DNA of 32,000 nucleotides from Fastidiosibacter lacustris (GTDB lineage Bacteria; Pseudomonadota; Gammaproteobacteria; Francisellales; Francisellaceae): NCBI RefSeq assembly GCF_003428155.1, contig NZ_QLIR01000002.1, positions 90,001 to 122,000 of the forward strand, read 5' to 3'. Shown piece by piece: positions 24,535 to 32,000 of this stretch (position 1 is its first letter; each line of letters starts with the position of its first letter). The notes under the pieces were generated by a model. It saw only the letters and a program-made list of their open reading frames with translations, ran no database searches and was not told where the DNA came from. The position numbers and the translations under genes were made by a program.

Positions 24535-25287
24535 ATGAAGCAGTTTAAATTTTATCTACAACGCTTTTACGGTTTTGCTCCACAACTAAAGAGTCCTTCT
24601 GATTGGCAGCAGTGGTATCAAGGTCAAACAAAACTGCATAAATGTGAGAAAGTAAAGACGACACATTTACCGGCAAGTTTAAAAAGGCGTTCAAGCGATA
24701 GTGTGAAGTTAGCACTGGATATAGCATTTGAATGTTTAGGACAAGAAACACAAGTTGATTATGTGATCTTTGCGTCACAACATGGAGAAAGTTCGCGTAT
24801 ACAATTGATATTGCAGCAAATTAGCAATAGACAGATGCTCTCACCTACTGATTTTTCCCAATCTGTGCACAATACTGCCTCAGGTTTATTGTCGATTACC
24901 AAAAATATCACGAGCAATATCAATTCGATCTCAGCTGGAGAGGACACATTTTTTATGGCTTTTTTTGAGGCTGTCGTTTATTTGCAATTAAATCCAAAAA
25001 CCAAAGTAATGATTGTTATTTATGATGAAGTTTTACCTCTTCTTTATGAACGTTACCAAGTGGTATATGATCAGCAATATGCATGTGCTTTTATATTGAC
25101 CGATACTCAAGCTCAAAATACAATTGCTATGACGTGTGATGTGACTGCTTGTAACAATAGCAAGCTAAGAAGCGTTCCACCTGCATTGATTTTTATGGCA
25201 TGGCTATACAGTAATCAACAAAATAGCTTAACAATGGATAGTGTGTTTTGGCGGTTTAATTGGTATAAAGAAGAAGTGTTGTCATAA
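24535..25287 (+). CDS. Beta-ketoacyl synthase N-terminal-domain-only protein (chain-length-factor-like, Pfam Ketoacyl-synt_2 type)
   Basis: 250 aa. Typical pattern for this short family: SPSDWQQW near the N-terminus, LPASLKRRSSDSVKLALDIAFECL, DYVIFASQHGE, LSPTDFSQSVHNTASGLLSI. No catalytic Cys-His-His triad context was recognised. Confidence 0.55.
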   Translation: MKQFKFYLQRFYGFAPQLKSPSDWQQWYQGQTKLHKCEKVKTTHLPASLKRRSSDSVKLALDIAFECLGQETQVDYVIFASQHGESSRIQLILQQISNRQMLSPTDFSQSVHNTASGLLSITKNITSNINSISAGEDTFFMAFFEAVVYLQLNPKTKVMIVIYDEVLPLLYERYQVVYDQQYACAFILTDTQAQNTIAMTCDVTACNNSKLRSVPPALIFMAWLYSNQQNSLTMDSVFWRFNWYKEEVLS

Positions 25288-25304
25288 AAGGTTAGGTAAG
25301 CAGA

Positions 25305-26408
25305 ATGTTAAAAAAACAGGTCGGTTTTATTGGTTGGCGAGGCATGGTGGGTTCTGTGCTAATCCAAAGGATGACTCAAGAGCAAGATTTTAATCGATTT
25401 AACTCTGTTTTTTTCAGTACTTCACAAAAGGGGCAGATTGCACCAGAAGTCATAAATGGTAATGCAATACTTCAAGATGCTTATGATATGAAGCTGCTTA
25501 CAGAAATGAATGTCCTTGTAACTTGTCAGGGTAGTGAGTATAGCCAGCGAGTGTTGCCACAATTAAGAAAGCTGGGTTGGAAAGGTTTTTGGATTGATGC
25601 AGCATCGTATTATCGCATGGAGCAAGAAAGTATGATTGTGCTAGATCCGATTAATCGTAAAAAAATAGATGCAGCATTGAATTCGGGTATTAAGAACTAT
25701 ATTGGTAGCAATTGTACAGTCAGTCTTATGATGTTAGCTATTCAAGGTTTAATCAATGCAGATCTGATCAATTGGATTTCAGTGATGAGCTACCAAGCAG
25801 TATCAGGAGCAGGAGCCAATGCCATGCAAGAGCTTTTACAGCAAACAGCAATTTTAGATCGTGATGTAGTGGCGACAGGCGATATTTTAGAAACTGAAAA
25901 AGCAATACGACTTAAGTCACAAAGTGAAGCTTTTCCGTGTATGAATTTCATGACAGCTATGGCATTTAATGTGTTGCCATTTATTGATACGGTATTGCCA
26001 AATGGTCAAAGTAAAGAGGAATGGAAAATTCAAGCTGAACTAAATAAAATCTTGACAAGAGCAGATTTGATTGCAATTGATGGTATTTGTGTACGTGTTC
26101 CTGTATTAAGAGCACATAGTCAAGCGTTAACTATTGAGCTTAAAAAAACAGTTAGCTTAAGAGAAATAGAAACGTTGTTAAGTTCAGCTAATCCTTGGGT
26201 GAGGTTTGTTGAAAATACTCCACAAGAAACAGCAAAATATTTAACACCTATGGCGGTGACAGACACCTTGAATATTAGTGTAGGACGTGTTAAAAGGACA
26301 AATTTATCTAATCGTCATATTCAGCTATTTACAGTTGGTGATCAATTATTGTGGGGAGCGGCAGAACCGCTAAGAAGAATGTTAAATATTTGTGTGATGG
26401 AGCAATAA
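25305..26408 (+). CDS. asd: Aspartate-semialdehyde dehydrogenase (gammaproteobacterial type)
   Basis: 367 aa, collinear with E. coli Asd: VGFIGWRGMVGSVLIQRM, VTCQG, WIDAAS, active-site GSNCTVSLM, YQAVSGAGA, NGQSKEEWK, CVRVPVLRAHSQALTIELKK, FTVGDQLLWGAAEPLRRML. Confidence 0.95.
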   Translation: MLKKQVGFIGWRGMVGSVLIQRMTQEQDFNRFNSVFFSTSQKGQIAPEVINGNAILQDAYDMKLLTEMNVLVTCQGSEYSQRVLPQLRKLGWKGFWIDAASYYRMEQESMIVLDPINRKKIDAALNSGIKNYIGSNCTVSLMMLAIQGLINADLINWISVMSYQAVSGAGANAMQELLQQTAILDRDVVATGDILETEKAIRLKSQSEAFPCMNFMTAMAFNVLPFIDTVLPNGQSKEEWKIQAELNKILTRADLIAIDGICVRVPVLRAHSQALTIELKKTVSLREIETLLSSANPWVRFVENTPQETAKYLTPMAVTDTLNISVGRVKRTNLSNRHIQLFTVGDQLLWGAAEPLRRMLNICVMEQ

Positions 26409-26434
26409 TTTTGGCTATGTGCAGCATCCAGTCC

Positions 26435-26462
26435 TTGATTTACCAATAGATTTAACTAATAT
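26435..26462 (+). promoter_or_regulatory. Candidate sigma70 promoter for the trb-like operon (TTGATT-N16-TAATAT)
   Basis: -35 at 26435-26440 and -10 at 26457-26462, 45 bp upstream of the trbC ATG. Such matches are common in AT-rich DNA, so this is tentative. Confidence 0.25.
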
Positions 26463-26507
26463 AACGATAAATATTTACAGGAACCCTTTATAAAGGAGAT
26501 AGCTAAC

Positions 26508-26840
26508 ATGAAAAACTATATTGCTTTTTTAAGACGTGCTTTGCTTGTGTTGTCCATGCTACCACTAACCATTATGGCTTCGTACGCAACTGGGACACAA
26601 AACAATGCATTTTCTGCAATGACAGGACCGCTTCAACAAATTATGGATGTCATCTCAGGTCCAATTGCGCAAATGGCGGGTGTTATTTGTATTGTGATAG
26701 CGGGTCTAGGCATTGCTTTTGGTGAAGGTGGCAGTGGTGTTAGACGTTTATTTCAGGTTGTGATGGGGCTTGCGATTGCCTTTACTGCTGCAAGCTTGAT
26801 TTCTGGACTATTTAATCGTGGGTCAGGTCTTATTTTCTAA
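26508..26840 (+). CDS. trbC: Type IV secretion pilin TrbC/VirB2 family
   Basis: 110 aa. AAGGAG Shine-Dalgarno. Long leader (MKNYIAFLRRALLVLSMLPLTIMASYA) followed by two hydrophobic helices (GPIAQMAGVICIVIAGLGIAF and LFQVVMGLAIAFTAASLISGLF), the usual VirB2/TrbC topology. Sits first in a B2-B3-B4 series. Confidence 0.8.
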   Translation: MKNYIAFLRRALLVLSMLPLTIMASYATGTQNNAFSAMTGPLQQIMDVISGPIAQMAGVICIVIAGLGIAFGEGGSGVRRLFQVVMGLAIAFTAASLISGLFNRGSGLIF

Positions 26841-26947
26841 ACGTCCATTTCTAGTGGTATGCTTGTGTTTATGATTGTGAGTTTAATGCTTGCAGTAGAT
26901 AAAGAGCAAGAGGCAAGCTTTCATCTTACAATTTAAGCGTTGCAATA

Positions 26948-26983
26948 ATTTAGAGCTTGATTGAGTGGTTTAAAACTCTAAAT
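26948..26983 (+). other. Weak AT-rich hairpin (ATTTAGAG-N20-CTCTAAAT) in the 177-bp pilin-trbD spacer; possible attenuator
   Basis: The 8-bp arms were read directly and are followed by ATGTTTTG. The stem is weak and the loop is large, so it is not a convincing intrinsic terminator. Confidence 0.15.
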
Positions 26984-27017
26984 ATGTTTTGAAAATATAT
27001 TAAAGGATGTGGTTTAA

Positions 27018-27272
27018 ATGGCAGTGCCAGGTTTTGTGATTAGAATACATAATTCGTTGACAACACCATTGTTAACAGCAGGGGTACCTAGACAGTTTTT
27101 TATTTTAAATGGGACTTTGGGGGCAGCAATTGTTCTTGGTATGCAGTCTTGGTATGGTATTCCAATTTTCATCGTTTTGCATACTGTAGCAGTACTGATG
27201 ACAAAGAAAGATCCACAGTTTTTTCAGGTCATGGTGCGACATATTAAACAAAAAAATTATTATGGTGTATAA
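27018..27272 (+). CDS. trbD: Type IV secretion protein TrbD/VirB3 family
   Basis: 84 aa. AAGGA Shine-Dalgarno. Motif LTTPLLTAGVPRQFFILNGTL followed by a TM helix, as in TrbD/VirB3. Lies directly upstream of the VirB4 ATPase. Confidence 0.8.
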   Translation: MAVPGFVIRIHNSLTTPLLTAGVPRQFFILNGTLGAAIVLGMQSWYGIPIFIVLHTVAVLMTKKDPQFFQVMVRHIKQKNYYGV

Positions 27273-27277
27273 GAGAT

Positions 27278-29731
27278 ATGTTCAATATTGCTGAGTTTCG
27301 CAAAAAACCTGACAGAATTACCGATTTATTGCCGTGGGCAGTGCTTGTTGATAAAGGTGTAATATTGAACAAAGATGGATCATTTCAAAAGACATTTGGT
27401 TTTCGTGGACCTGATTTGGAATCATCTACACAATCTCAACTTGTCTCAATTACAGCAAGGCTAAACAATACCTTAAAAAGGTTAGGTTCAGGCTGGGCAT
27501 TGTATATTGAGGCAAGACGCAAGCCTGCAATGCGTTACCCTTCGGAGAATTATTTCCCCGATCCAGTAAGTTGGCTTATGGATGTTGAGCGTAAGGATCT
27601 ATTCGAACGTAAGGGTGAAAACTATGAAAGTGAATATTTTTTAACTTTCCAATATTTACCGCAAAGAGAATCAGTATCCAAGTTATCAGGACTGTTTGTC
27701 AAAGAGAAAAAAAGTGATGATGAGCACGATACTGGTTACAAAAAACTGATGAATTATTTTTTGGCAACGATCAATCAACTGTACGATATCATGCAAGATT
27801 TCATGTATGAGATTGATGAGTTAAGCGATGAAGAAACGCTGACTTATTTGCATAATTGTATATCAGAGCGTGCACATAAGGTGACTGTACCGGACAATCC
27901 AAGCTATTTAGATGGAGTATTGGCAGATACGCCACTGTTAGGAGGGCTTGAACCTAAACTTGGTGAGTATTATTTAAAAACTATTTCTATCTTAGGTTTC
28001 CCAACAACTTCGGTGCCAGCTATTTTGGATGGTTTGAATCATTTACCGTTACAGTATCGTTGGGTCACACGTTTTTTGCCGTTAGACAAAGATGAAGCAG
28101 AAAAAGTACTCAAAAGTTATAAACGCCAATGGTTTGCTAAACGAAAAGGTGGTTTAACTATCTTAAAAGAGGTGATGTCCAAAAGCGAAAGTGCAATGGT
28201 TGATAGTGCAGCTGTGCAAAAATCCAATGATGCAGATGAAGCATTGTCAGAGCTATCAGATGATTTGGTATCTTTTGGCTACTACACGGCAACGGTGACG
28301 GTTTGGGATGCCGATAGGGAAAAAGTTTATGAGAAGCAGCGTGAAGTTGAACGGGTGGTAAATGGTTTAGGTTTTGTAACTGTTTCTGAAACGATTAATT
28401 CAGTTGAAGCTTGGCTATCGTCTATTCCTGGACAAGCAAATGCTAACGTGCGGACGCCTCTAATGCACAGTTTGAACTTAGCACATCTGTTACCATTTTC
28501 TGCCGTTTGGGCCGGACCAGAGATGAATATGCACTTGAATGCACCACCACTGTTGTATGCGCGTACTGCAGGCAATACGCCATTTAGGCTGTCTAACCAT
28601 ATTGGCGATGTTGGACATCAGATGATTTTAGGACCAACAGGAGCTGGTAAGTCAGTATTATTAAATGTGATGGCAGCACAGTTTCTGCGTTATCAAAATG
28701 CGCAAGTCTTTATTTTTGATAAAGGTGGTAGTTTTTTTGCATTAACTCAAGGGGTTAAAGGGCACTTTTATGAAGTTGGAGATGTTGGTAAGGGTGGTTT
28801 GGTGTTTCAACCTTTGGCTGAGATTGATCAAAATAGTGAACGAGTATGGGCACATGACTGGGTGCTTGGACTTTTGGAGAATGAGAAGGTTGAAATTACA
28901 CCAGAAGTAAAAGAAACAGTTTGGCTTGCACTTATTAATCTCTCAGAAGTTCCCAAGGAGCAAAGGACTCTAACGGGTTTAAGGTCTTTCGTTCAAGATA
29001 GGGCACTTAGAATGGCGTTGGACTCCTATGTATTAGGTGGTCCATATGGAGAAATTTTAGATTGTGATGAAGAGCATTTTAGTGATGCAAATTGGCAATG
29101 CTTTGAAATGGAACGCTTAATGGCGATGCCAAAGATTATTGCTCCTGTACTTGCTTATATCTTTCATGTATTAGAAAAACGATTTAATGGTTGCCCAAGT
29201 TTGATGATTTTAGATGAAGCATGGCTTTTCTTAGATCACCCAATTTTTGCATCAAAAATCAAAGAGTGGCTAAAAACGCTTAGAAAGTTAAATGTATCGG
29301 TTATTTTTGCTACACAATCCGTGGATGATGCCATTAAATCTCCTTTAGTATCAGCACTTAACGAGTCGTGTCCATCACGAATTTTCTTACCAAATGATCG
29401 TTCAATGGAGCCTGCTGTATCACAAGGTTATGAATCATTAGGGCTGAATTTAAGGCAAGTGCAAATTTTAGGGCACGCGATTCCGAAACGACAATATTAT
29501 TTTCAATCACACAAAGGGAATTGTTTGTTTGATTTGGGTTTAGGTCCAATTGCATTGGCATTTTGTGCAGTAAGTAAACCTCAAGAGAGAAAATACATGT
29601 GTGAGATTTTGGCGCAGAATAAAGGTTATAACTATTTTCTAAAAAGTTATTTACATGGCAAAGGATTGGATTGGGCATATGAAATAATAGAAAAGCATTA
29701 TAAAGGAGTAGACTTAAATGCAACCCAATAG
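27278..29731 (+). CDS. trbE: Type IV secretion ATPase TrbE/VirB4
   Basis: 817 aa. TrbE-type N-terminus EFRKKPDRITDLLPWAVLVDKGVILNKDGSFQKTFGFRGPDLESST. Walker A GPTGAGKSVLLN. Walker B MILDEAWLFLD. Downstream FATQS motif. Confidence 0.95.
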   Translation: MFNIAEFRKKPDRITDLLPWAVLVDKGVILNKDGSFQKTFGFRGPDLESSTQSQLVSITARLNNTLKRLGSGWALYIEARRKPAMRYPSENYFPDPVSWLMDVERKDLFERKGENYESEYFLTFQYLPQRESVSKLSGLFVKEKKSDDEHDTGYKKLMNYFLATINQLYDIMQDFMYEIDELSDEETLTYLHNCISERAHKVTVPDNPSYLDGVLADTPLLGGLEPKLGEYYLKTISILGFPTTSVPAILDGLNHLPLQYRWVTRFLPLDKDEAEKVLKSYKRQWFAKRKGGLTILKEVMSKSESAMVDSAAVQKSNDADEALSELSDDLVSFGYYTATVTVWDADREKVYEKQREVERVVNGLGFVTVSETINSVEAWLSSIPGQANANVRTPLMHSLNLAHLLPFSAVWAGPEMNMHLNAPPLLYARTAGNTPFRLSNHIGDVGHQMILGPTGAGKSVLLNVMAAQFLRYQNAQVFIFDKGGSFFALTQGVKGHFYEVGDVGKGGLVFQPLAEIDQNSERVWAHDWVLGLLENEKVEITPEVKETVWLALINLSEVPKEQRTLTGLRSFVQDRALRMALDSYVLGGPYGEILDCDEEHFSDANWQCFEMERLMAMPKIIAPVLAYIFHVLEKRFNGCPSLMILDEAWLFLDHPIFASKIKEWLKTLRKLNVSVIFATQSVDDAIKSPLVSALNESCPSRIFLPNDRSMEPAVSQGYESLGLNLRQVQILGHAIPKRQYYFQSHKGNCLFDLGLGPIALAFCAVSKPQERKYMCEILAQNKGYNYFLKSYLHGKGLDWAYEIIEKHYKGVDLNATQ

Positions 29732-30338
29732 CTTTCCTTTTGGTAAGGAGGTTCAGTCTTATCGTCAAGCTGAGGTCATAACACCCTTTCAAAAGCAGAA
29801 TCAGTTATTTGATAAACCAATCGGACAGCTTGTCTATAAGTCATATATTTGGCGCGTAGTATTTTTTTGTGGTGTTGGATTCAATTTTATTTTAACGCTT
29901 ATTTTAATCGCTTACTTTAATACTATTCCTTATAAAATTTTGGTTGAACAGATAACAAATAAGGGTTTTTTAAAGTCCCCGCCTCAAATTTTAAGCCCAA
30001 ATTACATTGTAAATGAAGCTGTTGTGGCTGAGTTTATCAAATCTATGTTATTAAGTGTAAAGGGTGATAAAGCGTATGAAAGTTTTGTTGATGAAGTATC
30101 ATGGTCGATTTTACAAGCTGGTTTAAAAAGTTTTAACAAAACACAGATGACACAATCTGTATTTAAAAATTTCATGATTAACGGTAACAACTTTAGCGTT
30201 GAATTAGTCGATAAAAACAACAAAGCAATTTTGATGATTTCTGGGAGGTTTGTTCATCAGCCACTTGAAACACAAAAACAGGTGAATATAAATCCTTTAG
30301 GAATTTATATTCAAAAACTGACAATCCAAAGGTTGTAA
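29718..30338 (+). CDS. VirB8/TrbF-like paralog (divergent extra copy)
   Basis: 206 aa. AAGGAG Shine-Dalgarno, and the start overlaps the trbE stop. Bitopic VirB8 topology: about 45 aa cytoplasmic, TM helix WRVVFFCGVGFNFILTLILIAYF, then PYKILVEQ...G. The C-terminal motif INPLGIYI parallels INPLGLKLGFF in the adjacent TrbF. Confidence 0.6.
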   Translation: MQPNSFPFGKEVQSYRQAEVITPFQKQNQLFDKPIGQLVYKSYIWRVVFFCGVGFNFILTLILIAYFNTIPYKILVEQITNKGFLKSPPQILSPNYIVNEAVVAEFIKSMLLSVKGDKAYESFVDEVSWSILQAGLKSFNKTQMTQSVFKNFMINGNNFSVELVDKNNKAILMISGRFVHQPLETQKQVNINPLGIYIQKLTIQRL

Positions 30339-30341
30339 TGA

Positions 30342-31010
30342 ATGAAAGAAGAGCAACAAGGTAAAACAAACTATCAACGAGCCTATGAAGAGTGGGAAGC
30401 TCGTATTGGTAGTGCTAAAAAGCAAGCACGTAATTGGATGATGGCAAGCATTGCGATTTTGATTATTTGTATTTTATTAGTGCTAGCAATTATCATCGAA
30501 GCAAATAGACAAAAAATGTATGTTTACGTTGCCGAAGTAAAACCACAAGAAAGTGTTGTCAATGTCCAAACAGCTTCACAGAGTTATGTTCCAACGGTGG
30601 CGCAGAAAATTTCGTTTGCAAGTGACTTCATTAAGAATATTACTGAAATTCCGCTTGATCCTATTGTTTTAAATCGCCAATGGCAAGCAGCACTACTTTC
30701 TGTATCAGGGCGAGCAGAAGATCAACTCAAACAAGTGTATCAAGCGCTTAACCCGTTAAAGTTGATTGGTGATAAAACCATTACCACAGTGGTGACAAAT
30801 GCAAATGAAGCGAGTAATAATAGTTTTGAAATCACGTTTCAAACGACAACTTATAACAGAGATGGTGCAGTTGAGAGTGTAAAAATTTACTCTGGAATTT
30901 TTACTTTCTCACCCAGCATTCCACCAAAAACTTTAAACCAAATGATCATTAATCCATTAGGGTTAAAATTAGGGTTCTTCTCATTTAGCGAAAAAGGATC
31001 AAGTCAATGA
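30342..31010 (+). CDS. trbF: Type IV secretion protein TrbF/VirB8
   Basis: 222 aa. TrbF N-terminal signature NYQRAYEEWEARIGSAKKQARNWMMAS, against TrbF NPY-AAR-EW-ERYG---AQARNW. TM helix, then YVYVAEV (TrbF has PYVVEVD). C-terminal NPLGL motif. Confidence 0.85.
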   Translation: MKEEQQGKTNYQRAYEEWEARIGSAKKQARNWMMASIAILIICILLVLAIIIEANRQKMYVYVAEVKPQESVVNVQTASQSYVPTVAQKISFASDFIKNITEIPLDPIVLNRQWQAALLSVSGRAEDQLKQVYQALNPLKLIGDKTITTVVTNANEASNNSFEITFQTTTYNRDGAVESVKIYSGIFTFSPSIPPKTLNQMIINPLGLKLGFFSFSEKGSSQ

Positions 31011-32000
31011 AATTGAAAAAAATAAGCCATTTACTTCCAATAACCACTATTGTAATGCTAGGTTGTGCAACCAATAGTTATCAAGGTGATATTGATTCAG
31101 GTAAATTTGTTGAAGCAAAGCAAGAAGGTAGTGCAGGTGCTAAAGTAATTCGTGAGTATATTCCTGTGCCTATGCCAGGACAACTTCGCCCTGTACCAAA
31201 TGCAGAAGTTGAAAAAACGACACAAAAACCAATTTTGACAAAAGAGCAAGTAGTTGCACAAGCGAATAAAAATGCACAACACTTTCCGGATCAAAACGAT
31301 TTCTTTAATGCAATGATGACATATAGTTATATGCCAGGTGCGATGTACACAATTTATACAGCACCTCTTAACATTACAGATATCGTCTTTGAACCTAATG
31401 AAAAAATCATTTCGCAAGCAGCAGGTGATACACTTAGATGGCAGATAGCATCTACTTATAGTGGCGAAGGAAAAGATTTGCGTTGGCATATTTTAGTTAA
31501 GCCACAAAAATCTGACCTTACTAACTCAATGATTATCACAACAAATAAGCGGACGTATCACGTGATCTTGAAATCAGTAGATCCAGATCAGGCAATGGTT
31601 TCAGTTAGATGGCAATACCCAAGTGATATGGTGCAAGGCTTTAATGGTGGTAATTTAGGGAATTTGAATGCTGGAGTTGAAAATAGTACATTACTGCCAC
31701 CACCACAACAATTATCAGGTATGGATTTAAATTTATCAGAGATGAAGTTTAACTATACTTGGAGCATGTTAAAAGGTGATACGCCAGCGTGGTACCCTGA
31801 GCAGATCTTTAGCTCAGGACATCAAACTTATATCAAATTCCCACATGAAGTCGTAGTCAGTAATGCGACGATGCCTGTCCCATTTATTAAATCAAATGAT
31901 GGTGGTTATGGTACGGCAAACTTCAACTGGCGGATGAAAGGCGATTATATGATTGTCGATACAGTAATCAAAGATGCATATTTGAAAATTGGAACAAAAC
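31007..32000 (+). CDS. trbG: Type IV secretion outer-membrane core protein TrbG/VirB9 (3' end may lie beyond the window), with predicted lipoprotein signal
   Basis: Not in the supplied ORF track because no stop is reached. The ATG at 31007 overlaps the trbF stop (ATGA). I translated 331 codons by hand with no stop. Motifs: YSYMPGAMYTIYTAPLNITDIVFEPNEKIISQAAGDTLRWQI, HILVKP, IITTNKRTYHVILKS, VRWQYPSD, FNYTW...GDTPAWYPEQIFSSGHQTYIKFP. Leader is MKLKKISHLLPITTIVMLGC. Confidence 0.88.
   Translation, partial: MKLKKISHLLPITTIVMLGCATNSYQGDIDSGKFVEAKQEGSAGAKVIREYIPVPMPGQLRPVPNAEVEKTTQKPILTKEQVVAQANKNAQHFPDQNDFFNAMMTYSYMPGAMYTIYTAPLNITDIVFEPNEKIISQAAGDTLRWQIASTYSGEGKDLRWHILVKPQKSDLTNSMIITTNKRTYHVILKSVDPDQAMVSVRWQYPSDMVQGFNGGNLGNLNAGVENSTLLPPPQQLSGMDLNLSEMKFNYTWSMLKGDTPAWYPEQIFSSGHQTYIKFPHEVVVSNATMPVPFIKSNDGGYGTANFNWRMKGDYMIVDTVIKDAYLKIGTK

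Noticed and set aside
2534-26408. The idea that the T4BSS block was inserted into an ancestral asd-fimV neighbourhood. These genes are adjacent in Pseudomonas as I recall.
   Set aside because: Here the FimV-like gene and asd are on opposite strands, 22 kb apart, with other core genes (tamAB, tadA) between them. No repeats or integrase mark an insertion, so the window does not support the idea.
1-32000. Scan for tRNA/rRNA genes, CRISPR arrays, IS elements or transposases, integrases, relaxases, toxin-antitoxin pairs and known defence-system signatures. I also looked for tandem PmrA-type TTAATATT repeats upstream of the T4BSS and ORFan genes.
   Set aside because: None was found by eye in the intergenic regions or in ORF translations. 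The absence comes from manual inspection only and should be confirmed with tRNAscan-SE, Infernal, ISfinder, and DefenseFinder or PADLOC.

Overview
Visibly AT-rich (about mid-30s %GC by eye, not computed), densely coding chromosomal segment. It looks like a gammaproteobacterium with an intracellular or host-associated lifestyle; the E. coli-type Asd, TadA and TamAB point that way, and no species is claimed. The main result is two different type IV secretion loci in one 32 kb window. (1) Positions 3940-14200 hold an eight-gene, co-directional, tightly coupled Dot/Icm-like type IVB module: dotH/icmK, dotG/icmE, dotF/icmG, dotO/icmB, a 156-aa ORF that may be IcmW-like, dotI/icmL, icmV-like, dotA. 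This order matches neither the Legionella dot/icm regions nor IncI R64 tra as I recall them. No dotB/C/D/L/M/N or icmT/S/Q genes are in the window. Downstream lie four ORFans (one Sec-secreted and Cys-rich, three hydrophilic K/E/N-rich) and a LuxR-type HTH regulator (14249-18628). (2) Positions 26508 to beyond 32000 hold an IncP/Trb-like type IVA locus: trbC/virB2, trbD/virB3, trbE/virB4, an extra VirB8-like paralog, trbF/virB8, trbG/virB9. It starts 99 bp after asd and runs off the window. Between the two loci are housekeeping genes: tamA-tamB, tadA, a truncated MDR-dehydrogenase remnant, a ketoacyl-synthase-N-domain-only protein, and asd. The left end carries the N-terminus of an MFS sugar porter (minus strand), ugd, and a LysM/FimV-like operon. 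I saw no tRNA, rRNA, CRISPR array, IS element, integrase or relaxase. All homology calls come from by-eye motif comparison with family sequences recalled from memory, so they need HMM or BLAST confirmation.
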